Assembly (NCBI GenBank): GCA_003614675.1
Contig: ML002401.1
Span: 1-33,896 of the forward strand
Length of the DNA stretch: 33,896 bases
DNA from: Dimargaris cristalligena
Taxonomy: Eukaryota
Reading direction: 5' to 3'
The notes under the pieces are model-generated. The model did no database searches, was not told the origin of the DNA, and saw only the letters and a list, made by a program, of their open reading frames with translations. Below are positions 10,809 to 22,829 of this stretch, piece after piece; within the stretch, counting starts at the first letter, position 1, and every line of letters starts with the position of its first letter. Position numbers and translations under genes: made by a program.

Positions 10809-13391
10809 TTAGCAATTGGGAATCTGATTCACTTCGTCCCGCACTTCGACCCACGCCTCCTTATTTTTGCGGGCCCACTCGATATGGATTTTGGCCATGG
10901 CCAGTAGAATATCACGTAAATCCCGGACTTTCTGGCGCTGGAATTGATCCAAATCCAGCTGGACGGCGGAGTTAATGAGGGCCAGATCATTGGTGAGCAG
11001 TTCCTGTTGTTCTTCGAGGATGGCCATTTGGTCTTTGGTTTTGGTCATGGTGTTCCGGCGGGTCGCCTGGGGGTCCACATCAATCACACCGTGGAATTTG
11101 TAGCTGAGGCGGTGGATGAGGCTGCTGCCCAGGGTGGTCCGCTTGGGCGGCAGGATGGTGCTGCCGCTGGGGAAGATGCTGCTTTTGCTGAGGGGCTCGG
11201 TTGCGGAGGTGGTCAGGGGGGTGGATGTATGCAGATGGGTGGAGGAACCGGGTTTGGGCGAAGTGGGTTCGGAGCGAGTACCGTGACCACCGCTAGTGGG
11301 CTGGTCAGCCGCGGTTTCATCATCATCCGCGTGGAGGGGATCGGCCCGGTGGTCAGCTTCATGATTGGAGAAGTGGAATGGGTGATCGTCCTGGGTGGTT
11401 GAGGAGTAGCCCACGGGTTTCCAAGGGTCATCGCCACCGGGCTGGGGAAGGTCCGGGTGACCTAGGGTAGGGCTGAAGTTCACCTCGAAGGGATCATCCG
11501 CCGGTCCCTGGGACTGAGACTTGGCCTGTGGTCGGTGGGCTTCGTCGGGTTCTCCGGCAGCTTCGCGGTCGTTCTCGCCTTCGGCATCGGCCTTGCGATC
11601 AGGCCCATCGTGCTCATCTATAGTGTGTCGACGAATACGGTGGCGGGTGCTTTGAGGGGTGGTGGGGGACACCGACTCATCCCGTTCCAGGACTTGGTTC
11701 AAACGCCGTGCTTCCAAGTCAGCAATCTCCAGGTCGTCCAACAGGTCCCGTTTCCGCTGCAGGGAGTCCGAGACGTGTTCCAGCTGGAGGTGCTTAAGGT
11801 TGCGGTACTTGAGGACCTGTTTAATTTCGCCGGCCATCTGGCTGTACTCGTGGAGGGGTTCCGTGACGTCGGCCTCCAGTTGACCGACCATGCGGTTAGT
11901 CGCCATGAAGGTCGAGTCCACCGCCTGGCCCACCTTTTCGAGGGCCCCAGCTAGGGCATCCACTTCGGTGAGACTAAAGCCATTGTAAACGGCGCCCAGT
12001 TCGGCATAATCCAGGGCAATTTCGGCCCATTTCTTGGCCACCCGGCGTTCCTGGCGCTCGATGCTTTGGTGGAAGGTGCTGGCGAAGCGGTTGGTGAAGT
12101 ATTCGCATTCCACCCAGCGCGGGTCAGGCTGGCGGAGCGGTTGTAGACCGCTGGGAATGGGCACACTCAAGAGGACTTGGGGATTAGGGGGCGGGGCCAA
12201 AGCCGCTTTCCGACCCACCCGCGAGTGTAGGGGTTTGCGGGGGCTGGAGTCGGCCCAGGAAGTGCCGGTCGTTTCGCCGTCGCTGCCGGTGCCATGGCTT
12301 CGGGTGTCTTCCATATCGGTGGCGTGCCGGTCCTCGTCCTCTTCGTCGTCGCGGTAGCGGTCCGAATACCGGATATTGACGTCATCGCGGTTGTCATCGC
12401 CATCAGGGTGGCCCGCGGCCGCGCCACTGGTAGCTGTGGCTCGATGGGTGACACACGAAGGGGACAGGTGGAGCGGGTTCTTGGGCAGATTGGTCAAACA
12501 GGGCGAATGCAACACCTCGGACCATGCCACCCCAGGTTCCAAAAACCGGTGCAGAATATGCTCGGACGCTAGGATGGGGTGACGTACCAACCGATTAAGA
12601 AAGGTTTGCAGCATCCGTTTACGGCGGGCGATGGTACCTGGCTCGTCTTTCGTACGGGACTGCAGCACCGCGTACTGGGTCAGAGAGTGTTTCTCCGGAA
12701 TGGGTGGGATGATGAGGGTGGGGTAGAGGCGCTGGAGGGCCCGGCGGAGGGATTCAAACTCCGAATAGCGGTGTCGAACCTCCCATTTATCACCAACGCG
12801 CACGATGTAGACAATGTAGCCGCTACTGCTGGAGGAGCCACCAGGTTTATCGGAGCCATTAGCGTGGCCCGAACCGCTGGAGCCTAAGCGAGAGTCAATC
12901 ATGCTGCCACTCATACCGCCGTTGGAGTCGGAAGGGCCGTCACCATTGGCCCCACCTAGACTCGCGTGACTGTCACCCGATTTATCCGCGTCCGCAATAG
13001 TAATCAGGGCAGGAACGTAGACCCGTCGCGGAAGGACCGGTGTGTCTAGGCCGGGGCTGAGGGGGTGCTGGGCGTAGTGCCGGTCCGAATAAGGGGAGAC
13101 GGTAACGGTGGGGCGCTGCGGGGTGGTGTCGGCCACTTCATCACTGGGCGATAGAGGGGCTTCGCCGTCGGTGTGGTCGCCTATGGCAGCGGCACTGGCG
13201 TAGGTCGGGGGTGGCAAGTGGGCGGAGGCCGAAAAGGCATCATCGGCCTCGGCCCGGGCTTGTTCGACCTGGTGGTGGAGTAAGGTTTGCAGCTGCTTAT
13301 CGATTTGGCAGCAATAGGAATTGCCCTGGGGACCACGGGCACCATCGGTGGATGACTCGCTCCCCGCGTAACCGGCGTAGCCTGGTGCCAT
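10809..13391 (-). CDS. SNX41: PX-BAR sorting nexin, Snx41/Atg20 subfamily, ~860 aa from the first ATG, apparently intronless
   Basis: PX domain: VRHRYSEFESLRRALQRLYPTLIIPPIPEKHSL...RRKRMLQTFLNR...RFLEPGVAWSEVLHS. A split BAR domain follows (ELGAVYNGFSL...LEKVGQAVD...EPLHE...VLKYR; IDVDPQATRRNTMTKTK...DLDQFQRQKVRDLR...WARKNKEAW), interrupted by acidic/Pro-rich inserts. The ORF-track start (13427) is TTG; the first ATG is at 13391. Confidence 0.88.
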   Translation of the reverse strand: MAPGYAGYAGSESSTDGARGPQGNSYCCQIDKQLQTLLHHQVEQARAEADDAFSASAHLPPPTYASAAAIGDHTDGEAPLSPSDEVADTTPQRPTVTVSPYSDRHYAQHPLSPGLDTPVLPRRVYVPALITIADADKSGDSHASLGGANGDGPSDSNGGMSGSMIDSRLGSSGSGHANGSDKPGGSSSSSGYIVYIVRVGDKWEVRHRYSEFESLRRALQRLYPTLIIPPIPEKHSLTQYAVLQSRTKDEPGTIARRKRMLQTFLNRLVRHPILASEHILHRFLEPGVAWSEVLHSPCLTNLPKNPLHLSPSCVTHRATATSGAAAGHPDGDDNRDDVNIRYSDRYRDDEEDEDRHATDMEDTRSHGTGSDGETTGTSWADSSPRKPLHSRVGRKAALAPPPNPQVLLSVPIPSGLQPLRQPDPRWVECEYFTNRFASTFHQSIERQERRVAKKWAEIALDYAELGAVYNGFSLTEVDALAGALEKVGQAVDSTFMATNRMVGQLEADVTEPLHEYSQMAGEIKQVLKYRNLKHLQLEHVSDSLQRKRDLLDDLEIADLEARRLNQVLERDESVSPTTPQSTRHRIRRHTIDEHDGPDRKADAEGENDREAAGEPDEAHRPQAKSQSQGPADDPFEVNFSPTLGHPDLPQPGGDDPWKPVGYSSTTQDDHPFHFSNHEADHRADPLHADDDETAADQPTSGGHGTRSEPTSPKPGSSTHLHTSTPLTTSATEPLSKSSIFPSGSTILPPKRTTLGSSLIHRLSYKFHGVIDVDPQATRRNTMTKTKDQMAILEEQQELLTNDLALINSAVQLDLDQFQRQKVRDLRDILLAMAKIHIEWARKNKEAWVEVRDEVNQIPNC

Positions 13392-15148
13392 TTGGTGAAG
13401 AGGGGGGGGGACTGTAGGCCGGGGCAAGCTGGAGCTAGGCGGGTTTAATTCTGGGCCAAAGAGGTGGTCAATGGCACCTTAATGAAAACAATGGAGTAGA
13501 GTAAAGGAGGCTGGTTTCAAAGTATAGGTGTAGAGGAGAAGTGAGTCAGGGACCACACTGGTGGGGTTGGCTAGGTAATGGAAGGACCCAAACACGGATG
13601 GTTTCAAGAGTCGGTGGGGAATGTTCGGCTCGACTGGGACGGTTCGTTGGACAGGAGCAAGAACAATAACTGGATAAATAAAAAGTGGGAATGGAGTAGA
13701 GTGGAGGAAACCTGGTTAGTGAACACGACGAAGTCGATGCGCTGGCTAGGTGGAATGGACAGGAAAGCCAGGCAAAATAAATATCAAGGAGAACCGAGGG
13801 GCTTGGCAGGTGGGCAGTGCATATAGAGGAGAATGGGTGATGGTGGTGGTGTGATGGCTTGTATGCGTGCATATACTCTCAGAGCCATCCCAGTGGTGGG
13901 ACTTATAGAATGTGCCTTTTGGGAACGTCATCATCACCCGTTTAGAAGCCGCCAATAGATGTAGTAGCCAGTGCACGCTTCCTTCTCCCTGGCTCTGATT
14001 AGAAGCAATTTGACCCCCCTCCCTCACAGAGCACCGTTGGTTGAGTTACTAGGCCATACAAGGGGTTTGGGGTCGATGTGGCCTCAGGCAGACGATACCA
14101 AACTCTCCTTCGATGCGCGTATACGGAACTCCGGAGGACGTAAACAAAACGCACGGCTTATTCCCGCACTTGGCCAGAAAGTACACTCTGCCTGGGAGGC
14201 ATATCTCCAGAATATAGTCCCGCCACGGCAAAAATTAAGTAGAAGAAAAGGGGTTACTAGAGCAAAAGAACAGAGAGAGAAAGAGGGGGACCAGAAGAAT
14301 GGTACCCTTCTTAAGATAATTGCGGATGATTTCTATTCGTCCAGTTGTGACCCACCCGCAACCTTCGTCACTCAGCATATAGAGAGAGTGGCTCTACCAA
14401 GCCCGTTCGATTGGGCCTATCTATATGCGTTGCTTTCGTGCCTGTGGTCGGACTCTTAAATAGGTTCCTTCTCTTCTTCCGCATTGCCCTCCTCTCTTTT
14501 CAGTTAGTCACTCCTACGCGCCTTCAACGGGGACCCATTGTTCCTTTATTTATTTATTGGCCCAGCTAGTGCGATCCGAAGTGAAAATTAACTGAACCTA
14601 GCGGGTGGTAAGGTCCCTTACCCTTCTCCCTCCTATTTTGGATTCTCTTACCACGTTTGCCCACCGGAGTGCAAGTCCTTTAATAGCAGTCCCCCTCTCT
14701 CCCTTCCCTCCCCTACCTCAAGCTTTCTCCCCATACGTCACTCTATAATAATCCACCCTACCTCTATTATTTATATATGCCCGCTCTCTAAAGGCCTCGA
14801 CGTGCTTGTCCACCAAAGGTGCCTCTTTCCCGGGCATTGTTTGTTTGGGTATCTCGTTTGGTCACTTGGGATAATCACCACCGGTTGATTATTATTATTA
14901 TTTTTATTATTATCATCATTATCCAAGCCCCTGTCCTACCTTAAAATACTTAATCCTTTTTCGTGCGCGTATGCGCCCACCGTGAATCACTCCTCTCCGT
15001 CCTCTCTGTATCTCCAACCACCTCTAATCCTCGAAAAAAATATATACAGGCCCTTTTTGTCGCCCAGTCTTACGTGGTTCGATCCCCGCCCCCTCTTACT
15101 CACTTCTCTAATACACTCCGGTTCATAGCGGACCTTATTTCTTCTACC

Positions 15149-18100
15149 ATGGCCAGTGATACCGCCCTGGCTCTCCCCTCCGACCCTGCCACCGCTGACG
15201 CGCTCACCGGCGGCGTATCGGCAGATACCCCCGGATCATCCAATATCTCCGCCCCGGGTCCCAAAAGCGGCGCCCCGCGCGGTCGAAAGCGCGGCACTCC
15301 CGGTCGAAAAAAGCGCGAGCGTGCGTCATCCCCGCCCACTGCCAATCTAACTGCCCAGGAGGAGGAAGCCATGAGTTCCGCTCTGATTGCTCAACTGCTC
15401 CAGCAGGATCAAGGGGGATATTATGACTCCGATTACGGGGGCGGTCGGCAGTCTACTACAACCTCCGCCAATTACTATGCCGAGTACGATCATACGGGTC
15501 AATTTTCTAGCCGATCAGCGGCTCGTAGCGGCGGTCGAGGCGACGACAGTGATGGTAATTTTAGCGATGAAGATGATGATTATAACCCCATGGGGTCCCG
15601 ACCCCAAGGCGGAGGTCGGCGGGGTGGCGGAGGTGGAGGAACCCGTGGTCGACCCCGACGGAGCTTGGGAACCGATACCGCTGACTGTCGACCCCCTAAA
15701 TCATCCGCTTCAGCGAAGGATCGGGCCCCACGGGGACGTAAAGAAACCGCCCCTCCCGTAACTGATGACGAGACTAGCCCACTGGTTTCCAGTGCATTGA
15801 GTGACCGCCCCTCCGATCCTTCAGTTGCTAAATCCACCAGTGGTACCTCTGGCCGGGCCCGGGCCACTAAGCGGGCTCGTGTGGACGCTGATCACGCCCC
15901 CAGTCTGGATGTCAATGGCTATCGCACGGGGGGCTATTTGGATGACGAGCGCCAGCGGTTTATAGAAGCCCTGGAACTCTTCGGTCGGGACTGGAAAAAG
16001 GTGGTGGCCCATATTGGTACTCGCGACGAAAAGTCGATTCGCAGCCATGCCCAAAAGCACTTTATCAAATTGTACCGTGATAATCTACCGCTCCCTTTGA
16101 AGGTCCAAGAATCCGGCACCGGCTATACTCTGTCAGGCCAACCATTGGACCCCAACTCGGCATCAGCCCGCGTCTACCTGGGCAAGAAGACTCAGTCGCC
16201 CCGAACAGCTCCATCGTCATTACCCTCGACTGCTACATCGTCTGCCCCGTCACCCAAGCCTGTTCATGTAGCCCCTTCGGCGAATCCATTCACCCTAGAG
16301 GCTACAGAATCCACCGATCTACCCGATAAGTTGGATAATGGGGCCAAACCCGTGGAGGTACCTGCTGAACCGACCGAGCCTGTGGTTGAGCCGATACCGT
16401 CCGCAGAAGCCCCACCGACCGGTATCACCGTCGCCACCACCCCCATTACTGTCACCCCCACCACTACCACAGCATCCATTGCTCCAGTCGCTGAATCGAC
16501 TAGTGAGCCAAGCGTACCCTTCAACGCTGCGGCGCTCAACGAGAGTGCCTTCACTCGGGCACCGGGAATGGGCAAACTCCGCGGACCCAAACAGGTCATT
16601 ACTAAAACTCCAGCATCCCCGATCCCTCGTCCTCCAAAACCCGAGGTTGCCAAGGCGGCCCCCCCTCCCTTACCTCGGGCCCCTTCACCCACCCCACCAC
16701 CTTCCTCTCAGCCGAAGGCTTCCACTCCGGAAACCTTCCACCCTACTCTCCCGATCAGTACTGCACGCACGGATTACGCCAAATCGCGTCTCCGTAGTTC
16801 GCGCACCCGCTCAGTGCGATTGGGCGGCGGTCTACCCGACGATACTGACCCCCTTTCTCAGGTCAAATGTACGGCCTTCCACGGCCCCCCTGCCTCCGAT
16901 ACTCCCGGCTGCCAACCCTTCCGTATGGCCGTCCACTCCAACGCGTTCGTAGGCATGGATTTCCATTCCCACCTGATGCAATCCGAAATTATCGGTTTCT
17001 TGGCTGGTACCTGGAGTCCGACCCGTAAGGAGCTCACCGTCCAATACGCGTTCCCTTGCCGGGCCCTGCAAACCCCGGGCCAAAACGCCAGTGTCAATGT
17101 GGAAATGGACCCTACCTCGGAATTCGAGGTGCGTTCCCAAATCCGAGAGCGGGACCTCCAGGTTGTCGGATGGTACCATTCCCACCCCTGCTTCTTACCC
17201 GACCCCTCCCTGGTGGACCTGGAGAATCAGTGCAGCTACCAGGCCCTGTTCCGAAACCAGGAAAGTAACACCGAACCCTTTGTGGGTGCCATTGTCGGGC
17301 CCTACGATCCCCAGTTACCTGGCTCTGTATCAGTCGTAAATTGGTTTTACGTGGATACCCCACGACGGGGGCTAGATGTCACAACGGTGGGAGTCGAAGG
17401 GGCGGAGGTAACCCCAGAATCTCTAACATCGTCTGCGATGATAACGACGGCCCCGTACCACCACGAACTGGACCTCTCCCAAGTGAGCGACCCATCGATT
17501 ATCGCCAAACGGTTGACCTTCAACTACCAAGAGGATAATGCCCTACCCACCTGGCAGGCCGATCTCTTTTTACCTCTCTTGGCCTTTTGCCGTGCTGAGC
17601 CTCTGCGGTGTATCCTTCACGAAACTTGGAAGCCTGGGTCGGCCGAGACTCGTCTGCAGAAACTACTAACCAGTCTGACTTTCCGTATGAGTTGGGTTCG
17701 GGACTTACCATCAGCATCCGGGGTTAATGAAACTACACCCGATGTGGCGACCCTTACCACTACCACCCTTACGGAAATGAATAATACGGTCAAGGCCGAG
17801 CCAGTGGAAGAGACTGTACCGGAGTCTACTTCCATGCAAGTCGATGAATCAAAGAGTTTGGACGATAACGAGTCGCCAGACACCATTGCCCTACGTGACT
17901 CGACTGAACTGGCGCTGGCCACTTTGGCTGTATCGCCCGACTCTACTATTCCCCAGGAACCTGCCCAAGCTGCTCCTGAAGCAACTGCTAGGTCGGAAGA
18001 AATACCGACTATCGACCCCTTATCTTCGAAGACAACCGCAACCACCCCCGTTCCCAGTATCCGCCCTCTCAACCCATTCACTTTTCAACTCCAGGTCTCG

Positions 18101-18163
18101 CCGGAGCAACTGCAAACGGATTATTTCCTCCGCGGTATTATGGAGTCGGCTGCTAATTGGTGA
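15149..18163 (+). CDS. MYSM1-like protein: SHAQK-class Myb/SANT domain + catalytic JAMM/MPN+ metallo-deubiquitinase domain, 1004 aa
   Basis: The first ATG is at 15149 (accATGg). Myb/SANT ERQRFIEALELFGRDWKKVVAHIGTRDEKSIRSHAQKHF at ~15930-16075. MPN domain MDFHSHLMQSEIIGFLAG...AFPC...VEMDP...VGWYHSHPCFLPDPSLVD with an intact H-x-H-x7-S-x2-D motif (17177-17218). NLS/AT-hook-like PRGRKRGTPGRKKR and RGRPRR lie near the N-terminus. Confidence 0.85.
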   Translation: MASDTALALPSDPATADALTGGVSADTPGSSNISAPGPKSGAPRGRKRGTPGRKKRERASSPPTANLTAQEEEAMSSALIAQLLQQDQGGYYDSDYGGGRQSTTTSANYYAEYDHTGQFSSRSAARSGGRGDDSDGNFSDEDDDYNPMGSRPQGGGRRGGGGGGTRGRPRRSLGTDTADCRPPKSSASAKDRAPRGRKETAPPVTDDETSPLVSSALSDRPSDPSVAKSTSGTSGRARATKRARVDADHAPSLDVNGYRTGGYLDDERQRFIEALELFGRDWKKVVAHIGTRDEKSIRSHAQKHFIKLYRDNLPLPLKVQESGTGYTLSGQPLDPNSASARVYLGKKTQSPRTAPSSLPSTATSSAPSPKPVHVAPSANPFTLEATESTDLPDKLDNGAKPVEVPAEPTEPVVEPIPSAEAPPTGITVATTPITVTPTTTTASIAPVAESTSEPSVPFNAAALNESAFTRAPGMGKLRGPKQVITKTPASPIPRPPKPEVAKAAPPPLPRAPSPTPPPSSQPKASTPETFHPTLPISTARTDYAKSRLRSSRTRSVRLGGGLPDDTDPLSQVKCTAFHGPPASDTPGCQPFRMAVHSNAFVGMDFHSHLMQSEIIGFLAGTWSPTRKELTVQYAFPCRALQTPGQNASVNVEMDPTSEFEVRSQIRERDLQVVGWYHSHPCFLPDPSLVDLENQCSYQALFRNQESNTEPFVGAIVGPYDPQLPGSVSVVNWFYVDTPRRGLDVTTVGVEGAEVTPESLTSSAMITTAPYHHELDLSQVSDPSIIAKRLTFNYQEDNALPTWQADLFLPLLAFCRAEPLRCILHETWKPGSAETRLQKLLTSLTFRMSWVRDLPSASGVNETTPDVATLTTTTLTEMNNTVKAEPVEETVPESTSMQVDESKSLDDNESPDTIALRDSTELALATLAVSPDSTIPQEPAQAAPEATARSEEIPTIDPLSSKTTATTPVPSIRPLNPFTFQLQVSPEQLQTDYFLRGIMESAANW

Positions 18164-19228
18164 TTGGGTTATATTCCCCCCCCCCTACCTACAATGGCCG
18201 GCGAGGGGGTCGTCAAGCTTAAGATACTATATTCCCATATCGACTGCTCCTACTCTCATTCTTTTGCGTGGACAGCCCGACTAAACGGCTACATTTCCAG
18301 TTATGAAGTTCCCGTTATTATAATGCCTTCGCCATGTCCTCTCCCTTCATCCACCATTTAGTACCATTATGTAACTCGCTTCAAAATAGGCCCACATGAA
18401 GTTGTTGCCTATGATTGCACATTCACTCGCCAAAAAGAAAACTGGAACGCTAGTTATGATTCTCTGACCGAACTCTCTAATTAGCATCGCCTTTTAGTAT
18501 CGGTGCTTCTTTTTCCCCCTCCCCTTCCTGCCCAACTTTCGTGGTTTATTATTGCTATATTCTTTTGCATTATGGAGTCTTATCGTATCAGCGTCGTCAC
18601 TTGAATAACACATGTCTCTCGCTTATTAACCCGCCCGCAATTGCTTTCGCGACTTTGCCTATTTCGCTGCACCGTACATCCGGAAACACAGTCCTACTAA
18701 ATTATATATGTATTGTTACGCATTTTCACTTCTACCACACCACGCTATTTTTGCATTCATAGTCTCTTCACCCCTCCACTATGAATAATCCTGGGAGGGC
18801 GTAAGGCGTTCAATAAAATTGTTCCACCAGTTCCATAGCCATTTCCACACCTTTGGCACCAGACGACATCGAACTTCTGTTAATAATCTAGCCAATCGAC
18901 TATTGATGTTTGAGATGACTGGGTTTAATCTATACAATATAATGGGGGGGGGAGACTACACTATACTAAGGGGAAAGTTAGCCTTAAATCGCAACTCCCT
19001 CATATGCCTATCAGAGAACTTCATCCGCCCCATGTAACCACCAATCCTCCTCATGTGACTTTAACCTCCCAGGCCACTCCTATTTCAAACTCCATTCTAT
19101 TCATTTGGTACAATCGTATATTCTACCTATTATTAGCTTCTTGATATCTATTACATCTCCTATCATTTCCAATTCCATCTCCATCCACGGACAACCGCCT
19201 AGCCCTCCTCCCCCTTACTTTGACCACG

Positions 19229-22200
19229 ATGAACCCCCCGGTTTCTTCTGGACCCAGTCTGCGTGACAAACAAATAGGTAAGTTAGGGAACACGTTTCAT
19301 CCTTAGCCGATTTGGTGACTCCATGGCTGACTATTAAGCTCTGACCCATGTCTACTCCGCGGTCAAGTCGGCGTGTTGGGCTATCCCAATAGACCGCTAG
19401 TCTTCTTTTATTTAACCATAACTGGTTACCAAGCCAATTTATCTCTAACCCCCCTCTACCCCCTCAATGAGAAACCTGGTCTACCTACTCACAAACCACC
19501 GCTGCTTTATGTATCCGCATTACTTATATTATATCCATTACCACCCGTCTTCAACCTGTAGCGGCCATCCAGCGGCTGCTCAACCTCAACCACCCGCTGT
19601 CGAATGAGGCCACCACAGTGCCTGGATCCAATCCTAGTTATCCCGGGGATAAGGAATCCGGAGGGGATGGCGGGGATGCTCTACCGACCTGGAAAATACT
19701 GGTCTTCGACCGATTCGCCCAGGATATGATTTCCACGTTGTTTAAGGTTAACGACTTGCGGGATAACGGCATTACCGTACACATGTAGGTTGATGAAGTT
19801 AAAATACTTTCGTAAAGCACGGTGCCGAAGGAGAAGGCAGGGCTCTGTGTTTATTACCTACAGCATATAATACTATTTTATTCCAAGGTATCGAATACTG
19901 ATCCTATGCGGCTCTCCGGACTCTAGGGTGATTCCATGGACGTATTGCGGCCACTATGGTTGTATAGTATAACTGATTTACTAATATGGTAATTATTATT
20001 CGTATTGTTATCCAGGCCGTTGACCAAGGAGCGCGTTCCTATTACAGATGCCCCGGCCATCTACTTTGTTCAGCCAACCTCCGAAAACATCCAGAGTATA
20101 GCACAGGTAGGTGTTATCTAATGGCTAGGCTTTGGATTATATATCAGGAAAGAGGGTGGAAGTGATTCAATTTTAGCACTGGAACGGTCGAAGACATCAG
20201 TCTCGTACATCGCCCTTTCTCTTTTCGGCCCATCTATTCCCGCCCACTGACACTATGACCAACCCGTTCATTAGCTCCACTTAGTCTCCGACTCACCTCC
20301 TATCCCTAATCATTGTTCCACCTGATTATCCGGCTATTGCATTTTAGGATATCGCCAAGAACCTCTATGACTTGTACTATATTAACTTTACCAAGCCCAT
20401 TCCCCGCCCGCTTCTGGAGGATTTGGCCGCTGCCGTGGCCCGGTCCAACAAGGGCCACCAAATCGCCCAGATCTACGACCAGTACCTCAGCTTCGTGTGC
20501 CCAGAGCCTAGCTTCTTTACCCTCAGTATGCAGCATACCTTCGTGACTCTGAATGACCCCAAGGCGTCGGATACCATGATCGAACAGTTAATCGGCCAAA
20601 TTGTCGATTCGCTCTTTACGGTGTTTACCACGATGAGTAAGTTGGCCCACAATTCCTTTCATCATTCGCACAGAGTCCTGTAGAAGGGAGGGGTCAGTAT
20701 TTTTAGATACATAACTCTCTCTCCCTCTCTCTCTCGGAATCGAAATACATGGGATATCTTCTTAACCCATACCAATTTGCACTTGTGTGAATCTGTGTTT
20801 TTTTTTGTAGACGTGGTCCCTATCATTCGATCCCCGCGAGGCGGTGCCGCGGAGATGGTGGCTCAGAAGCTGGATTCCCGCCTACGTGAAAATGTAGCAA
20901 ATTCCAGGTATAGTTTATTTTCCGACGCCTCGGGGGTACTCGATGGAGTAACGGCCCACCAGCGGACCGTTCTAGTCCTATTGGACCGGCATTTTGACCT
21001 ACCCACCATGCTGAGTCATTCCTGGACTTACCAGGCTCTAGTGCACGACGCCCTGGATCTCCAACTCAATCGGGTCCAATATACCGCCACGACCAGCGGC
21101 GCCGGGGCCGCCAGTGGTCACGATGCGGCCAGCCGGGTGCCGACCAAAAAAGTGTTTAACGTCAGTCCCACCGACACGTTCTGGGCCCAAAATGCCGCCA
21201 ATCCCTTCCCCCAAGTGGCCGTTGAAATCGACGAGGAAAGTAACCGATTCAAAAAGGAAGCGGAGGAAATCACCCGAATGGGCGGGGTGTCCAGTTTCGA
21301 TGAAATCAACCAAATGGACATGTCCGCCAATACGAAATTGCTGAAAACGGCCATTAGTGCTCTGCCGGAGCTGACGGCCCGTAAGGCGATGATCGACATG
21401 CATATGAATATTGCGACGGCGTTGTTGGAGGTAATCAAGGATCGGCAGCTGGACGTGTTTTTCCAGCTGGAAGAGAATATCCAAAAACAGGTAAGTCACA
21501 TAATGATTAGTGATGCCCGTGCCGAAAGAGTGGGCAATGGGTTTAGTTGGCTTATTGTGCCTGCAATTTATGCCCCTATACCTCCCATTATTTCTAACTT
21601 CATGATTGCCCTTATCCGACACACACCCACACCCATGCACAAATACACCCATATCTATTACATATAGAATAAAGCGGCTATCCTCGAAGCTGTCCAAGAC
21701 AAAGAAAAGACTGGGGCCGAGGACAAACTCCGACTTTTTATCATTTACTACCTCCAAGGGCCCGCCATGGGTGAAGACGATTTCAAGAAATTCGAGGACG
21801 CCCTTCGGGAAGCGGGATGTGATCTCACTCCACTTAAATATATCCAACAAGTAAAGTCGCTGAGCAATATCACGGGCATGACTAATCCACAGGCCAGCAC
21901 CGTCAATAAGGCCGGAGGGACAACCAGTGACTTCTTGGGTCGATTCAGCAATATCAGCAGCAAGGTAAACATACAATGAATTCCCTCTGTGCAATTATTA
22001 CTCCAACACTGCCCTTTCTAACACTGACTTTGAAAATCTAGACTAATCCCGCCCATTTTATTTTAAAAAAATAATATACTCATATATGTGTGTATATTTG
22101 CCCGCGTTTAATTATAGCTAACGGATCACCTTCGCGAGGGGGGAGGTAATCTGGGCAGCATTATTTCGGGGGTTCGTAACCTACTTCCCAGTCGCCGCGA

Positions 22201-22829
22201 TCTCCCCGTTACCAAGATTCTCGATGCCATGATGTGTGGCAGTGGTGGAGTAGATCGCACGGCCTTCGGCTCCTTATCCCCTATTCCCGGGGCGGGCGGT
22301 AGCGGTTCCGGTGGTATTGGCAGTGGCGGCTCATCCACATCCCTGGCCGGCCTGGCTTCAACGGAAGAATACCTCTACTTGGATCCCAAACAGGTCAAAC
22401 GGGGGGCCCTGGCTAGTACGGGGGGTAAACTACCCCCCCGCCAGCGGCAGGAATTCCAGAATGCGGTCGTATTCGTTATCGGCGGGGGTAACTATATCGA
22501 GTACCAGAACCTACAGCAGTATGCTCAGGTAAGTTTCCTACTCACAAATACTTTTTTTTTCTAGAGTATTTAAACCCGATACCACTTCGGGTACTAAGTT
22601 GAATTGATCCTTGACTCCACTAGGCGGTGGATCTCGAATCACATCTCCGGTGGGAATATTATGCTATTAACTAATCGTATTGTTTTATTGCGCGTATGGT
22701 ATTCGTTCCTTGAATCTACCACAGGCGTCTAACCCGGTCAAGAACATCATTTATGGCTCAACGGAAATTACTAGCCCAACCCAGTTTTTAAAGCAACTTA
22801 CCAATTTAGCCCCGTTGCCTACTCAGTAA
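19229..22829 (+). CDS. SLY1: Sec1/Munc18-family protein Sly1 (SCFD1), 714 aa, 8 exons (19229-19277, 19562-19784, 20016-20106, 20348-20636, 20811-21490, 21668-21964, 22118-22528, 22725-22829)
   Basis: All seven introns are GT...AG and the 2145-nt join is in frame. Sly1 motifs: [153 protein letters not shown]. Confidence 0.96.

Noticed and set aside
15072..15092. GGTTCGATCCCC, resembling a tRNA T-loop
   Set aside because: The flanks do not form a T-stem, and there is no D-arm or acceptor stem.
8726..22829. Three membrane-trafficking genes (BORCS7-like, SNX41, SLY1) within 14 kb as a functional cluster
   Set aside because: They act at different compartments and are interspersed with an unrelated gene. 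Without synteny data, chance is sufficient.
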